Assembly: GCA_025340205.1 (NCBI GenBank)
Contig: CP006868.1
Coordinates: 900,001-932,000, forward strand
Reading direction: 5' to 3'
Length of the DNA stretch: 32,000 nucleotides
DNA from: Ignicoccus pacificus DSM 13166
GTDB taxonomy: Archaea; Thermoproteota; Thermoprotei_A; Sulfolobales; Ignicoccaceae
Both the position numbers and the translations under genes were made by a program. Every line of letters begins with the position of its first letter. The first letter of the stretch is position 1. A model generated the notes under the pieces. That model made no database searches, had not been told where the DNA came from, and saw only the letters and a list, made by a program, of their open reading frames with translations. Below, piece after piece: positions 24,013 to 32,000 of this stretch.

Positions 24013-25548
24013 CTACCTTTCCTCCTCGTAATCGTTAATTTGGGGTATCTTCTTGTAGCCTAACTCCTTCCACGGGAAGAAGGTGTTAGGACTGTGGCAA
24101 TCCTTACACCCTAACGCTCGATCGTCTGGGACTACTCCGTGATCCACTTGCATATATCTGATATAGGTTACCCACTTACCACTCCAATGAAGACTTGTTT
24201 CTTTCGCCCCAGCTAGTATAGCTGCTGTGCTGTTACCCGTTGCCATGAAGAGTCCTACCTTGATCGGTATGGGTATCCCTTCATCGCTTAGCGGAACTCT
24301 TGAGGTATGTACCTTGAAGGGATAGATCTTACCGTTACCCTTACTACCTAGAGGTTTAACTAGGACTACTTCGGTACCATTAACTTTGTTGGGATAGACG
24401 TAAATCGTTCTGCTTCCGTTGTACCACATGTAAGTAGGCCTTACGTATCTTCCGTACTTGGCCTTAGGCTCCCAATAGCCCAGCTTCGGCGAGAAGTGAG
24501 AACCGCTCCAGTCTCTGGAGAGCTCTGTCGGGTATTGGCCATGAGCAATATAGGGTATGTGACAAGTCTGACACGCTATGTATTCGCTGTGCTTGTTGAG
24601 CTCCCTACCCTCTCTTTCATCATTATCATGTGGCTGAGGTCCATGACAATCAATACAAGTTTTGACGTTTCCCGGCTCTCTAGCCCAGCCGTCGGCAACC
24701 TTGTCGGGAAACAGATGATACTTTCCAGTATGACAATCTACGCAATTCATCCCTTCACCTATGTGGTAATCGAAGTTCTTGTTCTTGTGATACATATCAG
24801 GAGTTATGTTGGGCCTCTTGAAGCCAGGACCTCCTCCGGAGTAGGCATGACATGCTAGGCAGTTAGCGTTAGTTGGCTTGTCTATTATATTCTTAGCGAT
24901 TGTATTTATGTCTAAGTTGACCTTGTAGTGCCACTTTCCATCCGCTCCTTTGTAAATGCTTCTAACGCCCTTCTTGAAACCTAGAACCCCAGAAACGTAG
25001 ACGTCGGGATTCATGTGACATGCTAAGCAGTCCATGTTCTTCAGCTGCTCCTCTGTAAGCTTACTAGAAGGAATAGCCCCCATTCCAATTGAATGACACG
25101 CAGCACATCCATAGGCCACGGGTTTACCTTTCATGTCTTCATATCCAGTGGGAACGTTTACGAGCTTGGCGAAGCCTATGAAGTTTATCGGTTTTCCTTG
25201 GAAGAATATCGCACCACAGAAGTCGTTCATAGCCCTTTTGCCACCGTACTTAACCCACGGAACGTTGTAGGCATCATACTGTTTAGCTAGCATTTGGTAA
25301 TGATACGAGTGAAAGAAGTCCACTGTGGCTTCTTCATGGCACTTGTAGCAAGTTTTAGCTCCCTCATAGCTCTTTATGCCCTCTTTGGCGAATTCCTTGG
25401 TGTGGTCGACAATTTTTATCTTGGTTTTCTTGTATTCCTCCTCTTCACTAAACTTAAGAACCTTGAGATCTAGCATTCGAGCGCTTGTTGCTATAACTAT
25501 CAGAATCAGTAAGGAAACTACTAGAGGAATTCTCTTATTCATCATCAT
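24013..25548 (-). CDS. Membrane-anchored octahaem c-type cytochrome
   Basis: Eight CXXCH motifs: CYKCH, CAACH, CLACH, CLACH, CVDCH, CIDCH, CQTCH, CKDCH. N-terminal signal anchor MMMNKRIPLVVSLLILIVIATSA. I prefer the ATG triplet run at 25548-25540, preceded by AGGTG. The ORF track opens it at GTG 25590. Confidence 0.85.
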   Translation of the reverse strand: MMMNKRIPLVVSLLILIVIATSARMLDLKVLKFSEEEEYKKTKIKIVDHTKEFAKEGIKSYEGAKTCYKCHEEATVDFFHSYHYQMLAKQYDAYNVPWVKYGGKRAMNDFCGAIFFQGKPINFIGFAKLVNVPTGYEDMKGKPVAYGCAACHSIGMGAIPSSKLTEEQLKNMDCLACHMNPDVYVSGVLGFKKGVRSIYKGADGKWHYKVNLDINTIAKNIIDKPTNANCLACHAYSGGGPGFKRPNITPDMYHKNKNFDYHIGEGMNCVDCHTGKYHLFPDKVADGWAREPGNVKTCIDCHGPQPHDNDEREGRELNKHSEYIACQTCHIPYIAHGQYPTELSRDWSGSHFSPKLGYWEPKAKYGRYVRPTYMWYNGSRTIYVYPNKVNGTEVVLVKPLGSKGNGKIYPFKVHTSRVPLSDEGIPIPIKVGLFMATGNSTAAILAGAKETSLHWSGKWVTYIRYMQVDHGVVPDDRALGCKDCHSPNTFFPWKELGYKKIPQINDYEEER

Positions 25549-25751
25549 CACCTGTTCAAGTAAAAGGGGCGATCTACTTGAAAGAACCACTTCGAATTTA
25601 CCATTAGAACAATGATGCTCTTAGGAGATTATACTTTCCTAATCGATCATATAGTTGAGTTAAATAGAACGTTGGCGGAGTTAAGAAAAGTCTAGGGGTA
25701 GTAAGGGAATTTCCATGTAAGTGGGTTAGAGATAGCGAGGGGCTGTGCACA

Positions 25752-25828
25752 TGGCGCCCCCGCCGGGATTTGAACCCGGGACCACGGGCTCCGGAGGCCC
25801 GCGCTCTTCCTGGCTGAGCTACGGGGGC
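25752..25828 (-). tRNA. tRNA-Arg (anticodon CCG), no intron, CCA encoded
   Basis: Reverse complement: GCCCCCG-TA-GCTC-AGCCAGGAA-GAGC-G-CGGGC-CTCCGGA-GCCCG-TGGTC-CCGGG-TTCAAAT-CCCGG-CGGGGGC-G-CCA. This is 77 nt with all stems Watson-Crick paired. Confidence 0.9.
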
Positions 25829-25850
25829 ACCCGAGAGGACACAACATGGA

Positions 25851-25858
25851 CTAAAATG
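25851..25858 (-). promoter_or_regulatory. TATA box of tRNA-Arg
   Basis: The minus strand reads CATTTTAG, centred about 27 nt upstream of the tRNA 5' end (25828). Confidence 0.5.
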
Positions 25859-25874
25859 TTTTGTAAGACTCCCT

Positions 25875-27071
25875 TTAATTATTTCTCCTCCTTCGCCTCC
25901 TTAGACTCCAAAGTAGAGGACCGAGTAACGCTGGAGCCGGTACCTTCATTGTTAGCTTTTGTACCTCCGACGTCGAATATAGTGTGAATATGCTAGTTGT
26001 CGTGGTTACTGTTTCCTTCTCATACATCGTCCTCGTTACAATTGTCACGTTGTTCACGGAATCAATAGTGCTTGATGTGTTATCCTTAGGCCATGGTTGA
26101 ACGAAGAATAGTCGGTAATCAGGAGGTGCTTCATCCAGCAAGGATTCATAGAGGTTAATCGAGTTAACGTCGTTAGGAACTTTACCGTTGAGCGCAATTA
26201 ATGAGTTAAGTATCCATTGGGCCACGATCTTGGCGTAAGTGTAGTTTAGGTATCCCAGCTTAGCACATACTATAGCAGCTGTGCCCAAGAGCTCGTAGAA
26301 TGCGTCGTCCTCTATCTTTAGTAGGGTTCCTTGAGTGTAGTTCCTATAGACTGGTGCCAGATACGTCTCGTTAAGTAGTTTACAATAATCACTTCTAGAT
26401 ATGTTTAGCGCCAACACCATCATTATCATAAGAGGTATGTGACCCTTTGAGCCCGGTTCTGCGATTATACCTTGGGGATTTTGGAGATAATTATAGAGCG
26501 AAGTCCAAAATGCAAGATCTAATCTATTCAAGAGATCAGTTAAGTTAAGAGCACCATCAACGCGTTGGCTTTTCATTGCCAAGACAAGTGCCCATAGGGT
26601 AGCTAGGTAGTCGTAATTGCTTTCTCCTAAGAGTTCTTGATAGTACGTTCCGATATGCATTCCAGTACTATCGAATTGTTTATTGACGATAAGCTCTAGT
26701 GTTGGTAAGAAGCTCACACTTGTGTCGTTGAGGCTTAACGCTGCTAACGCGTTGTAGAATGGTGCTTGAGTATAGTAAGTCGTTCCATTTGGATCCATGA
26801 TAGTTGGAAGCGGATAAACTTGGGTGAAGACGTATTCGTCGAAGGTCTTAGAAGCGTTGTAAGAGAGCGGGTACTGATCGTATATAAAGAACGCATAGAG
26901 CATATCTATTCTATTTATGCTAGGCGTACAATCGAAGAAACCACCACATGTCTGTTGTTGCGAATATAGATAGTCCACTGCCCCCTGTAAGGCACTTTGT
27001 AGGAAGCTAGATGTAAACAGTTCAGCATGAAGTAAGATAGCTAGCATTAACAGTAAAACAGCTCTTCTCAT
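25875..27071 (-). CDS. Secreted, heavily N-glycosylatable helical protein with C-terminal PAPALL/hydrophobic/Arg-rich tail
   Basis: I prefer ATG 27071 (MRRAVLLLMLAILLHAELF, a signal peptide). The track's start at 27200 would overlap the neighbouring small ORF. Ten N-X-S/T sequons. The N-terminal region ALQGAVDYLYSQQQTCGGFFD is reminiscent of prenyltransferase/alpha-alpha-toroid repeats (tentative). C-terminus: TTTT...KVPAPALLGPLLWSLRRRRRRNN. Confidence 0.75.
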   Translation of the reverse strand: MRRAVLLLMLAILLHAELFTSSFLQSALQGAVDYLYSQQQTCGGFFDCTPSINRIDMLYAFFIYDQYPLSYNASKTFDEYVFTQVYPLPTIMDPNGTTYYTQAPFYNALAALSLNDTSVSFLPTLELIVNKQFDSTGMHIGTYYQELLGESNYDYLATLWALVLAMKSQRVDGALNLTDLLNRLDLAFWTSLYNYLQNPQGIIAEPGSKGHIPLMIMMVLALNISRSDYCKLLNETYLAPVYRNYTQGTLLKIEDDAFYELLGTAAIVCAKLGYLNYTYAKIVAQWILNSLIALNGKVPNDVNSINLYESLLDEAPPDYRLFFVQPWPKDNTSSTIDSVNNVTIVTRTMYEKETVTTTTSIFTLYSTSEVQKLTMKVPAPALLGPLLWSLRRRRRRNN

Positions 27072-27130
27072 GTCCCATCCCTTTACTAATATGGAAAAGA
27101 TATCGCTCGCCGAGCGCACTGAAAGTTTAC

Positions 27131-27316
27131 TCAATACACGTAGTATACCCAGAAGGATAAGGTTAGAGCAGTTAAGATTGCTGAGAGGATGAGAATCCAC
27201 TTAGCGTAGGAATTAAGGCCCATAACCGAAATAACAAAAGTGGCTGTTTGGATGAGTACCCCGATAGCCATTAACATTATTATAGCTGCTACGGTGACCC
27301 TTAGAGGATCAACCAT
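27131..27316 (-). CDS. Small two-TM membrane protein (61 aa), translationally coupled to gatE
   Basis: The ATG overlaps the gatE stop (ATGGTTGA, 8-nt overlap). Two hydrophobic helices (VTVAAIIMLMAIGVLIQTATFVISV and ILILSAILTALTLSFWVYYVY). Confidence 0.55.
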   Translation of the reverse strand: MVDPLRVTVAAIIMLMAIGVLIQTATFVISVMGLNSYAKWILILSAILTALTLSFWVYYVY

Positions 27317-29207
27317 TCTTCAGTTCCTCCAGAGCTTTCCTTACCGCCTCTGCTACCACTTTTCCATCGACCTTCCCCCTTACTTCTGCCATAACCTTAC
27401 CCATCACTAGTCCGAAGCTCCTTTCTGGTCCTTTCTCCATTATCATTTTCTTGTATTTCTCTATTACATCTCTTACTATTTTATCAATGTCTACCTTTTC
27501 TCCTAACCCTAGTTCCTTTATCGCCTCGCTTACGCTCTTGCCTTCTGCCACCTTCTTGAGGACATCGGGTATCGCTTCTTTTGCTACCTTTCCTTCACTT
27601 ACTTGATCCAACACTTCTTCTATTTGTTCGTCGTGTATCCTCTCAATTTCAACACCTTCCCTCTCTAGTTCTTTCAATGTATCTACCACGGTCCTCACGA
27701 CTACCGTTGAAGGAAGCTTTCCATGATATTTCTTGACCAGCCTATATGCTAGATCGAATCTAACACTAGAAATCATCTTCTCTGCCATGTCCTTGGGGAG
27801 TTTGTAGGTGGTCATGAGCTCTCTTATTAGTTCTATAGGGTTCTTCGGCTTAAGCTTTTCTGCTTTCTTCAACATGTCCTCGGTAACGATTACAGGAGGT
27901 ACGTCTGTCTCTGGATACATCCTAGCAGAGCCAGGACGGGGTCTGAGGAAGCGCGTGGTTCCGTCGGGGTTTGCCGCTCTGGTTTCCTCTGGTACACCCT
28001 CAATTGCCTTTGCTGCTCTATCCCTAACGGCCTCTAAAGCTAACTTGGCTTGATCGCTAGGCGCCAAGACCAGTACGAAAGCATCCATCTCCTCACACTC
28101 GAGTTCCTTTCTCAATGCCTTCACTTCCTCTTCGCTTATCCCATATCCGGGAAGCTCATCGCTATGGATTATTCCTCCCACTGTGGACCAGAACTTGGCA
28201 TAATCGGAGAGCTCAGTCCCAAATCTCCTCCCAGGTTGCACTTCCATGCCTAGAAGACCAGCGAACTTGGGGAGCTTCAGTGCCCAAGCGCCGGCTCCGC
28301 GCTTCAGCGCCCTCTTCACTATCTTGCTATCGCTATGCTCTAAAAGAGCCGTTACGTCCACGAACTCTTGCTTCAGTACGTCCTCTTTAGTAACTCCTCT
28401 TTCTCTTAAAATATCTCTTATTTCTAGAAGTTTCAGTTGTCTCTGAACCTCATATTCTACTACTTTGTCTATTATGTCCAGCCTTTGGACCCCTTTTATT
28501 TCGGTCTTGGCTCCGCCCTTTATCGAGACATTTAGATCTTGTCTGATCGTTCCGAGACCTCTCCTAACTCTTCCGGTAAGTCTTAACATCTGCCCTATCC
28601 TCAATGCTACCCTCTTCGCCTCCTCGGGAGAGTGGATGTCTGGGGCGGTGGCAATCTCTATAAGTGGAATCCCTAATCTATCAAGTTTGTAATGGACAAA
28701 CTTGCCCTTCTCTTCTAGCTTTCTGGCAGCGTCCTCCTCTACGCATATGGTTTCTATGCCTATCTTCTTATCTCCGAGTTCCAGTTCTCCTCCCAAAGCC
28801 ACAAGCATCGTCCTTTGAAAGCCAGACGTATTTGAACCATCGATTACCATCTTTCTCATTACATGTATCTCGTCGATTATTTTCGAATTAAATGCCTTTG
28901 CCATAGCTAAGGCGATTACAATACTATCCCTATCAGCCTCATGAGGAGGTTCCTCGTCGGCCTCTACTAAGCAGCTTACAGACCTTGGAGCATGGTAAAC
29001 GTAGGTCCTTCCTTTCTTCCATTCAAAGAGAGCGGCTATGTCTACCTCTCCGAGCTCGCTTCTAACGGGTCTTAGTCTCCTTTGGAAGACGTCTTCCTCG
29101 TCTTCTTCGACTAGCTCTGGCTTACAGTGACAGAACAACTTTCTCTCGGTCTTCAGTTGCTGATGCAATTCGAGGCCAACTTTGAGTCCCAAGCTTTCGT
29201 AGTCCAA
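27309..29207 (-). CDS. gatE: Glutamyl-tRNA(Gln) amidotransferase subunit E
   Basis: N-terminus (M)DYESLGLKVGLELHQQL. GatB/E-type cradle domain, AspRS-like insertion and a C-terminal YqeY-like helical tail. The length of 632 aa is typical of GatE. TTG start. ATTTATAC lies about 35-40 nt upstream. Confidence 0.92.
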   Translation of the reverse strand: MDYESLGLKVGLELHQQLKTERKLFCHCKPELVEEDEEDVFQRRLRPVRSELGEVDIAALFEWKKGRTYVYHAPRSVSCLVEADEEPPHEADRDSIVIALAMAKAFNSKIIDEIHVMRKMVIDGSNTSGFQRTMLVALGGELELGDKKIGIETICVEEDAARKLEEKGKFVHYKLDRLGIPLIEIATAPDIHSPEEAKRVALRIGQMLRLTGRVRRGLGTIRQDLNVSIKGGAKTEIKGVQRLDIIDKVVEYEVQRQLKLLEIRDILRERGVTKEDVLKQEFVDVTALLEHSDSKIVKRALKRGAGAWALKLPKFAGLLGMEVQPGRRFGTELSDYAKFWSTVGGIIHSDELPGYGISEEEVKALRKELECEEMDAFVLVLAPSDQAKLALEAVRDRAAKAIEGVPEETRAANPDGTTRFLRPRPGSARMYPETDVPPVIVTEDMLKKAEKLKPKNPIELIRELMTTYKLPKDMAEKMISSVRFDLAYRLVKKYHGKLPSTVVVRTVVDTLKELEREGVEIERIHDEQIEEVLDQVSEGKVAKEAIPDVLKKVAEGKSVSEAIKELGLGEKVDIDKIVRDVIEKYKKMIMEKGPERSFGLVMGKVMAEVRGKVDGKVVAEAVRKALEELKNG

Positions 29208-29350
29208 AATGGACTTCCCGCACTTCTCAAGTTAATGGTAGGTATAAATGGTAGCGCTCGAGGAATTCTTTTGTGGGTCTAACTTCCCACCGTTTGAAGT
29301 GTAAATATCTCAAGGTAAATACTTAATACAGTATATGTAGTATCCAACAC

Positions 29351-29548
29351 ATGCGGGTGCTACCCGTGATAGGTTCCAGAGCTTGGTTAGATCCTTGTAC
29401 GAAAAAGGTGTACCTGAGGAAAGAACTAGCCACCTCTGATGAGCTCGAGGAGGTACTCCTCTCCCCAGGGCCTTGGGAGGGACTGGTTGAGGTAAAGACG
29501 CCTGAAGGCGAAACCTTCATCGTACCAGCTCACGAGCTCGTCTATTAA
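29351..29548 (+). CDS. Hypothetical small protein (65 aa)
   Basis: ATG start with an A/T-rich TATA-like stretch (TAATACAGTATATG) 20-33 nt upstream. The composition is typical of real proteins here (E/L/V/K/P). The competing antisense ORF 29323..29520 is Ser-rich and looks spurious. Confidence 0.4.
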   Translation: MRVLPVIGSRAWLDPCTKKVYLRKELATSDELEEVLLSPGPWEGLVEVKTPEGETFIVPAHELVY

Positions 29549-29552
29549 AGCA

Positions 29553-30203
29553 CTATATTTCTATGTATAAGTAATAATAGTCCTCATCCCTCGTCACTTG
29601 GAATGCATAAGATTTGAACCTTTTCTCTAAGTATTCCAATATCTTCACGGGTTCCTCGAGACTAGTTCCCAATCCGGGCAGAAGTAGGTCCACCAACGCA
29701 GTAAGCCTGTCTTCGACGTTGAATATCTTTTCCAAGTCCTCATACTCAATGACCGCCTCAGCCCTCCAGTTATCCCCCTCCCTTTCATAAAGTAAGTATT
29801 TACTCTCTGATCTAGCCGGTTTTGATCTTATGCTCTGCCCTTCAAGGACAACCTTGATCAGCTTTCTCTGTTCCTTCACGGAGCCTTTTTGTAAGTCGAC
29901 TTCAAGCGTTTCACAGTAGTCCTCTCCTTCCTCTATATTCACCTTACAATCATATCCTTGCGACTTGAGCTCCTCGCATATCTCTGTAAGGTCCTCACCA
30001 GTAGCGGGAACCCCGAGCGCCGCGAGCACGTCGTCCGGCAAGCTACCCTTTATCGCTTCCAGCACGTCCTCGGCTTTTTCTTCAGGTACTATTACATTTA
30101 ACGTTATCTCATTGTTACATTCCTTGTAAACCAACTTGGGGCGAGTATCCACTTCTCTTATCTTGAGGGTTCCTGACGTTACATTGTAGAATATCTCTTT
30201 CAT
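29553..30203 (-). CDS. Hypothetical acidic protein (216 aa)
   Basis: Clean ATG ORF with the window's typical Glu/Lys/Ile/Tyr-rich composition. A TATA-like ATTTTAG lies upstream on the minus strand. No family recognised. Confidence 0.55.
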   Translation of the reverse strand: MKEIFYNVTSGTLKIREVDTRPKLVYKECNNEITLNVIVPEEKAEDVLEAIKGSLPDDVLAALGVPATGEDLTEICEELKSQGYDCKVNIEEGEDYCETLEVDLQKGSVKEQRKLIKVVLEGQSIRSKPARSESKYLLYEREGDNWRAEAVIEYEDLEKIFNVEDRLTALVDLLLPGLGTSLEEPVKILEYLEKRFKSYAFQVTRDEDYYYLYIEI

Positions 30204-30250
30204 GTTTCGAACCCATGGAGGGGAGGAATGAGGGGAGAAAATGTTAGGGG

Positions 30251-30265
30251 CTAAAATCTCAAAAA
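30251..30265 (-). terminator. T-tract terminator candidate after the thermosome gene
   Basis: The minus strand reads TAA-CTTTTTGAGATTTTAG directly after the stop codon. Confidence 0.4.
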
Positions 30266-30266
30266 G

Positions 30267-31880
30267 TTACTTCTCCTTGCTTTCCTCCTTCTTGCCGGCG
30301 GCCACGATGTCGTCGATCCTCAGTATTAGGGTAGCGGCCTCGGTTCCGCTCTTGATGGCGTTGGCCGGTACGGCTACGGCTTCAAAGGCACCTCTCTCGA
30401 TCATGTTGGTTATCTCACCGGTGTAAACGTCAACGCCGCAGTGCTTACATCCCTCGGTGTGCTTGGCCCTCAGTTGCATCAGCTTCTCGACGGGGTCGTA
30501 GCCGGCGTTCTCTACTAGTGCCATCACGATGCCCTCGAGGGCCTTGGCGAAAGCTTCGATAGCTAGCTGCTCCTTTCCACCGACCTTCCTTGCATAGTCC
30601 CTTAGGTCTAGGGCCAGCTCTACCTCAGGGGCTCCTCCAGCTCCTACTATCTTGCCGGCCTTCACTGCGTCAGCAACAGCGCTTAGGGCGTCCCTTAGGC
30701 TCCTCTCAGCCTCATCTACTATCCTCTCGAAGCCTCCCCTTACCAATATGGCCACAGCCTTGGGGTTCTTAGCGCCCTCGATGAAGACCATCTTGTCATC
30801 GCCAACCTTTCTCTCCTCGACTAGCTGAGCCTCTCCTAGGTCGTTGGGAGTGATGTCCTCAATGTTGCTTATGATCTTAGCACCGGTGGCCTTAGCTAGC
30901 TTCTCTAGGTCGCTCCTCTTCACCCTCCTTATCGCCATTATGCCGTTCTTAGCTAAGTAGTATTGAGCGACCTCATCGATGCCCTTCTGAGTTATGACGA
31001 CGTTGGCTCCTACCTCCTTTAGCTTCTCGACCTTCTTCCTCAGTATTTCCTCTTTCTCCTCTAGTAGGATCTTTAGTTGCTCGGGACTGGTGATCCTTAT
31101 TTCAGCGTCTAGCTCAGGCTTCTCTAGTTCGAGTGGGCAGTCTAGGACGGCTATCTTGGCGTTCTCAACCCTCTTGGGCATGCCGGGGTGAACTACCTCC
31201 TTGTCGAGTATTACGCCCTTGATTAGCTTGGTGTCCTTCAAGCTACCGCCGTGCTTCTTTACTATCTGTACGTAATCTAGGTCGACGTACCACTTGTCAC
31301 CTCTCTTCTCCTTGACGGTATCGACGGCCTCTACGGCTATCTCGGCGAAGTGCTCCCTGGCCTCTTGCACTCCCTTGCTAGCCAAGCTGGTCAGAGCGAT
31401 CTTCTTCAGCTTCTCCTTGTCCTCGGGGTCTATAGGCTCGGCGATCTCATTGATCTTGTCTAGGGCCCTCTCTAGGGCCTTCTTGTAACCTTGAATGATT
31501 ATGGTGGGGTGGACGTCCTTGCTCAACAAGTCCTCGGCTTGCTTGATTAACTCGCCAGCGAAGATCACCGCTCTCTTAGTTCCATCTCCTACCTCCTCAT
31601 CTTGGCCCTTGGATATCTGTACCAGTAGCTTGGCGGCGGGGTGCTGTAGGTCCATCTTGTCGAGGATAGTAGCGCCGTCGTTGGTGATGGTTATGTCACC
31701 CAAGCTGTCGACCAACATCTTGTCCATTCCCTTGGGGCCGAATGTGGTTCTCAATACCTCAGCCACAGCTCTGACTGCCATCATGTTGCTCCTTAGAGCC
31801 TCCCTTCCGTAAGTCCTGCTGGAACCCTCCTTCAGAATCACTACCGGAACACCCATGCTTTCGATAGGCCTTACCGCCAT
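30267..31880 (-). CDS. ths: Thermosome (group II chaperonin) subunit
   Basis: Motifs [40 protein letters not shown] and GDGTKRAV (ATP-binding motif), plus [20 protein letters not shown] prefer ATG 31880 (MAVRPIES...), preceded by GGTGGGTGAG. The track's N-terminal extension to 31955 runs through the promoter. Confidence 0.95.
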   Translation of the reverse strand: MAVRPIESMGVPVVILKEGSSRTYGREALRSNMMAVRAVAEVLRTTFGPKGMDKMLVDSLGDITITNDGATILDKMDLQHPAAKLLVQISKGQDEEVGDGTKRAVIFAGELIKQAEDLLSKDVHPTIIIQGYKKALERALDKINEIAEPIDPEDKEKLKKIALTSLASKGVQEAREHFAEIAVEAVDTVKEKRGDKWYVDLDYVQIVKKHGGSLKDTKLIKGVILDKEVVHPGMPKRVENAKIAVLDCPLELEKPELDAEIRITSPEQLKILLEEKEEILRKKVEKLKEVGANVVITQKGIDEVAQYYLAKNGIMAIRRVKRSDLEKLAKATGAKIISNIEDITPNDLGEAQLVEERKVGDDKMVFIEGAKNPKAVAILVRGGFERIVDEAERSLRDALSAVADAVKAGKIVGAGGAPEVELALDLRDYARKVGGKEQLAIEAFAKALEGIVMALVENAGYDPVEKLMQLRAKHTEGCKHCGVDVYTGEITNMIERGAFEAVAVPANAIKSGTEAATLILRIDDIVAAGKKEESKEK

Positions 31881-31916
31881 CGTGCTCACCCACCATGAAG
31901 CGGTGCTCAACGCTTC

Positions 31917-31924
31917 TATATAAG
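31917..31924 (-). promoter_or_regulatory. TATA box of the thermosome gene
   Basis: The minus strand reads CTTATATA, centred about 40 nt upstream of ATG 31880. This is consistent with a short SD-containing leader. Confidence 0.5.
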
Positions 31925-31965
31925 TTTTAGTTGTAGTTCGCTTGGAACACTCCAACTTTAAAGAA

Positions 31966-31986
31966 ATACCTCGGTATCCGAGGTAT
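31966..31986. repeat. Perfect 9-bp inverted repeat with 3-nt spacer
   Basis: ATACCTCGG-TAT-CCGAGGTAT, read directly from the sequence. It lies between the thermosome promoter and the window end. Confidence 0.8.
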
Positions 31987-32000
31987 GGGATCCAGATGCG

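Noticed and set aside
25591-25751. 160-nt non-coding gap upstream of the cytochrome gene, examined for a C/D-box sRNA, a small ORF or an operator
   Set aside because: I found only a near-match C box (AUGAUGC at about 25612-25618) with no D/D' CUGA boxes at a suitable spacing. There is also a weak 6-bp inverted repeat, TTAGGA-N10-TCCTAA (25621-25642). That is not enough to call an RNA gene or a binding site.
21946-25828. Possibility that the A+T-rich block plus cytochrome is an integrated element targeted to tRNA-Arg
   Set aside because: There is no integrase or recombinase gene, and I found no direct repeat of the tRNA-Arg 3' half elsewhere in the window. The only similar stretch is the T-arm of the genuine tRNA-Glu.
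25745-25987. 80-aa plus-strand ORF
   Set aside because: It overlaps tRNA-Arg on the antisense strand and the 3' end of the secreted-protein gene, so it is spurious.
31881-31955. N-terminal extensions suggested by the ORF track for the thermosome (to 31955), the secreted protein (27072-27200) and the cytochrome (25549-25590)
   Set aside because: The extensions run through TATA boxes or a neighbouring ORF and precede obvious native N-termini (MAVRPIES..., the signal peptide MRRAVLLL..., the signal anchor MMMNKRIPLVV...). The internal ATGs have SD-like GGTG upstream.
1-32000. Scan for CRISPR arrays, IS elements, long direct repeats and rRNA
   Set aside because: I saw no periodic repeat-spacer structure, no transposase-like ORF and no large non-coding gap. 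The largest intergenic gaps are about 140-200 nt. The scan was by eye, so short or diverged repeats could have been missed.

Overview
Gene-dense (roughly 90% coding) chromosomal segment that looks like a hyperthermophilic crenarchaeon. Supporting signs: an intron-containing tRNA-Tyr with a C1:G72 pair, a thermosome, GatE, ABCE1, TATA boxes 27-30 nt upstream of all three tRNA 5' ends, many TTG/GTG starts, and Glu/Lys/Ile/Tyr-rich proteins. A Desulfurococcales/Ignicoccus-type organism is only my guess, based on the octahaem cytochrome c and the sucCD/Fe-ADH cluster. I call about 31 protein genes (a few of them small and low-confidence), three minus-strand tRNAs (Tyr-GUA with a 68-nt intron, Glu-UUC, Arg-CCG), and several TATA promoters and T-tract terminators. 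I found no rRNA, CRISPR array, transposase, integrase or recognisable defence genes. Housekeeping and metabolic genes: Lhr-like helicase (partial), TrkH, CstA, a MoaD-MoaE fusion, HisD, ABCE1, class III ribonucleotide reductase NrdD, SucC/SucD, an iron-type alcohol dehydrogenase, GatE and a thermosome subunit. Items worth a second look: (1) two unrelated secreted glycoproteins share a C-terminal tail, Thr-rich linker then [IV]PAPALL then a short hydrophobic stretch then an Arg cluster, built like an archaeosortase/exosortase sorting signal; (2) a membrane-anchored octahaem c-type cytochrome lies next to an A+T-rich glycosylation/envelope gene patch; (3) a tightly coupled three-gene module is centred on an ArsA/Get3-like ATPase; (4) the tRNA-Tyr intron carries an internal 11-nt copy of its own 3' splice junction; (5) the MoaD-MoaE fusion buries the MoaD Gly-Gly end; (6) a 61-codon membrane ORF is translationally coupled to gatE. 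All family assignments come from motif recognition by eye. No database search was run.
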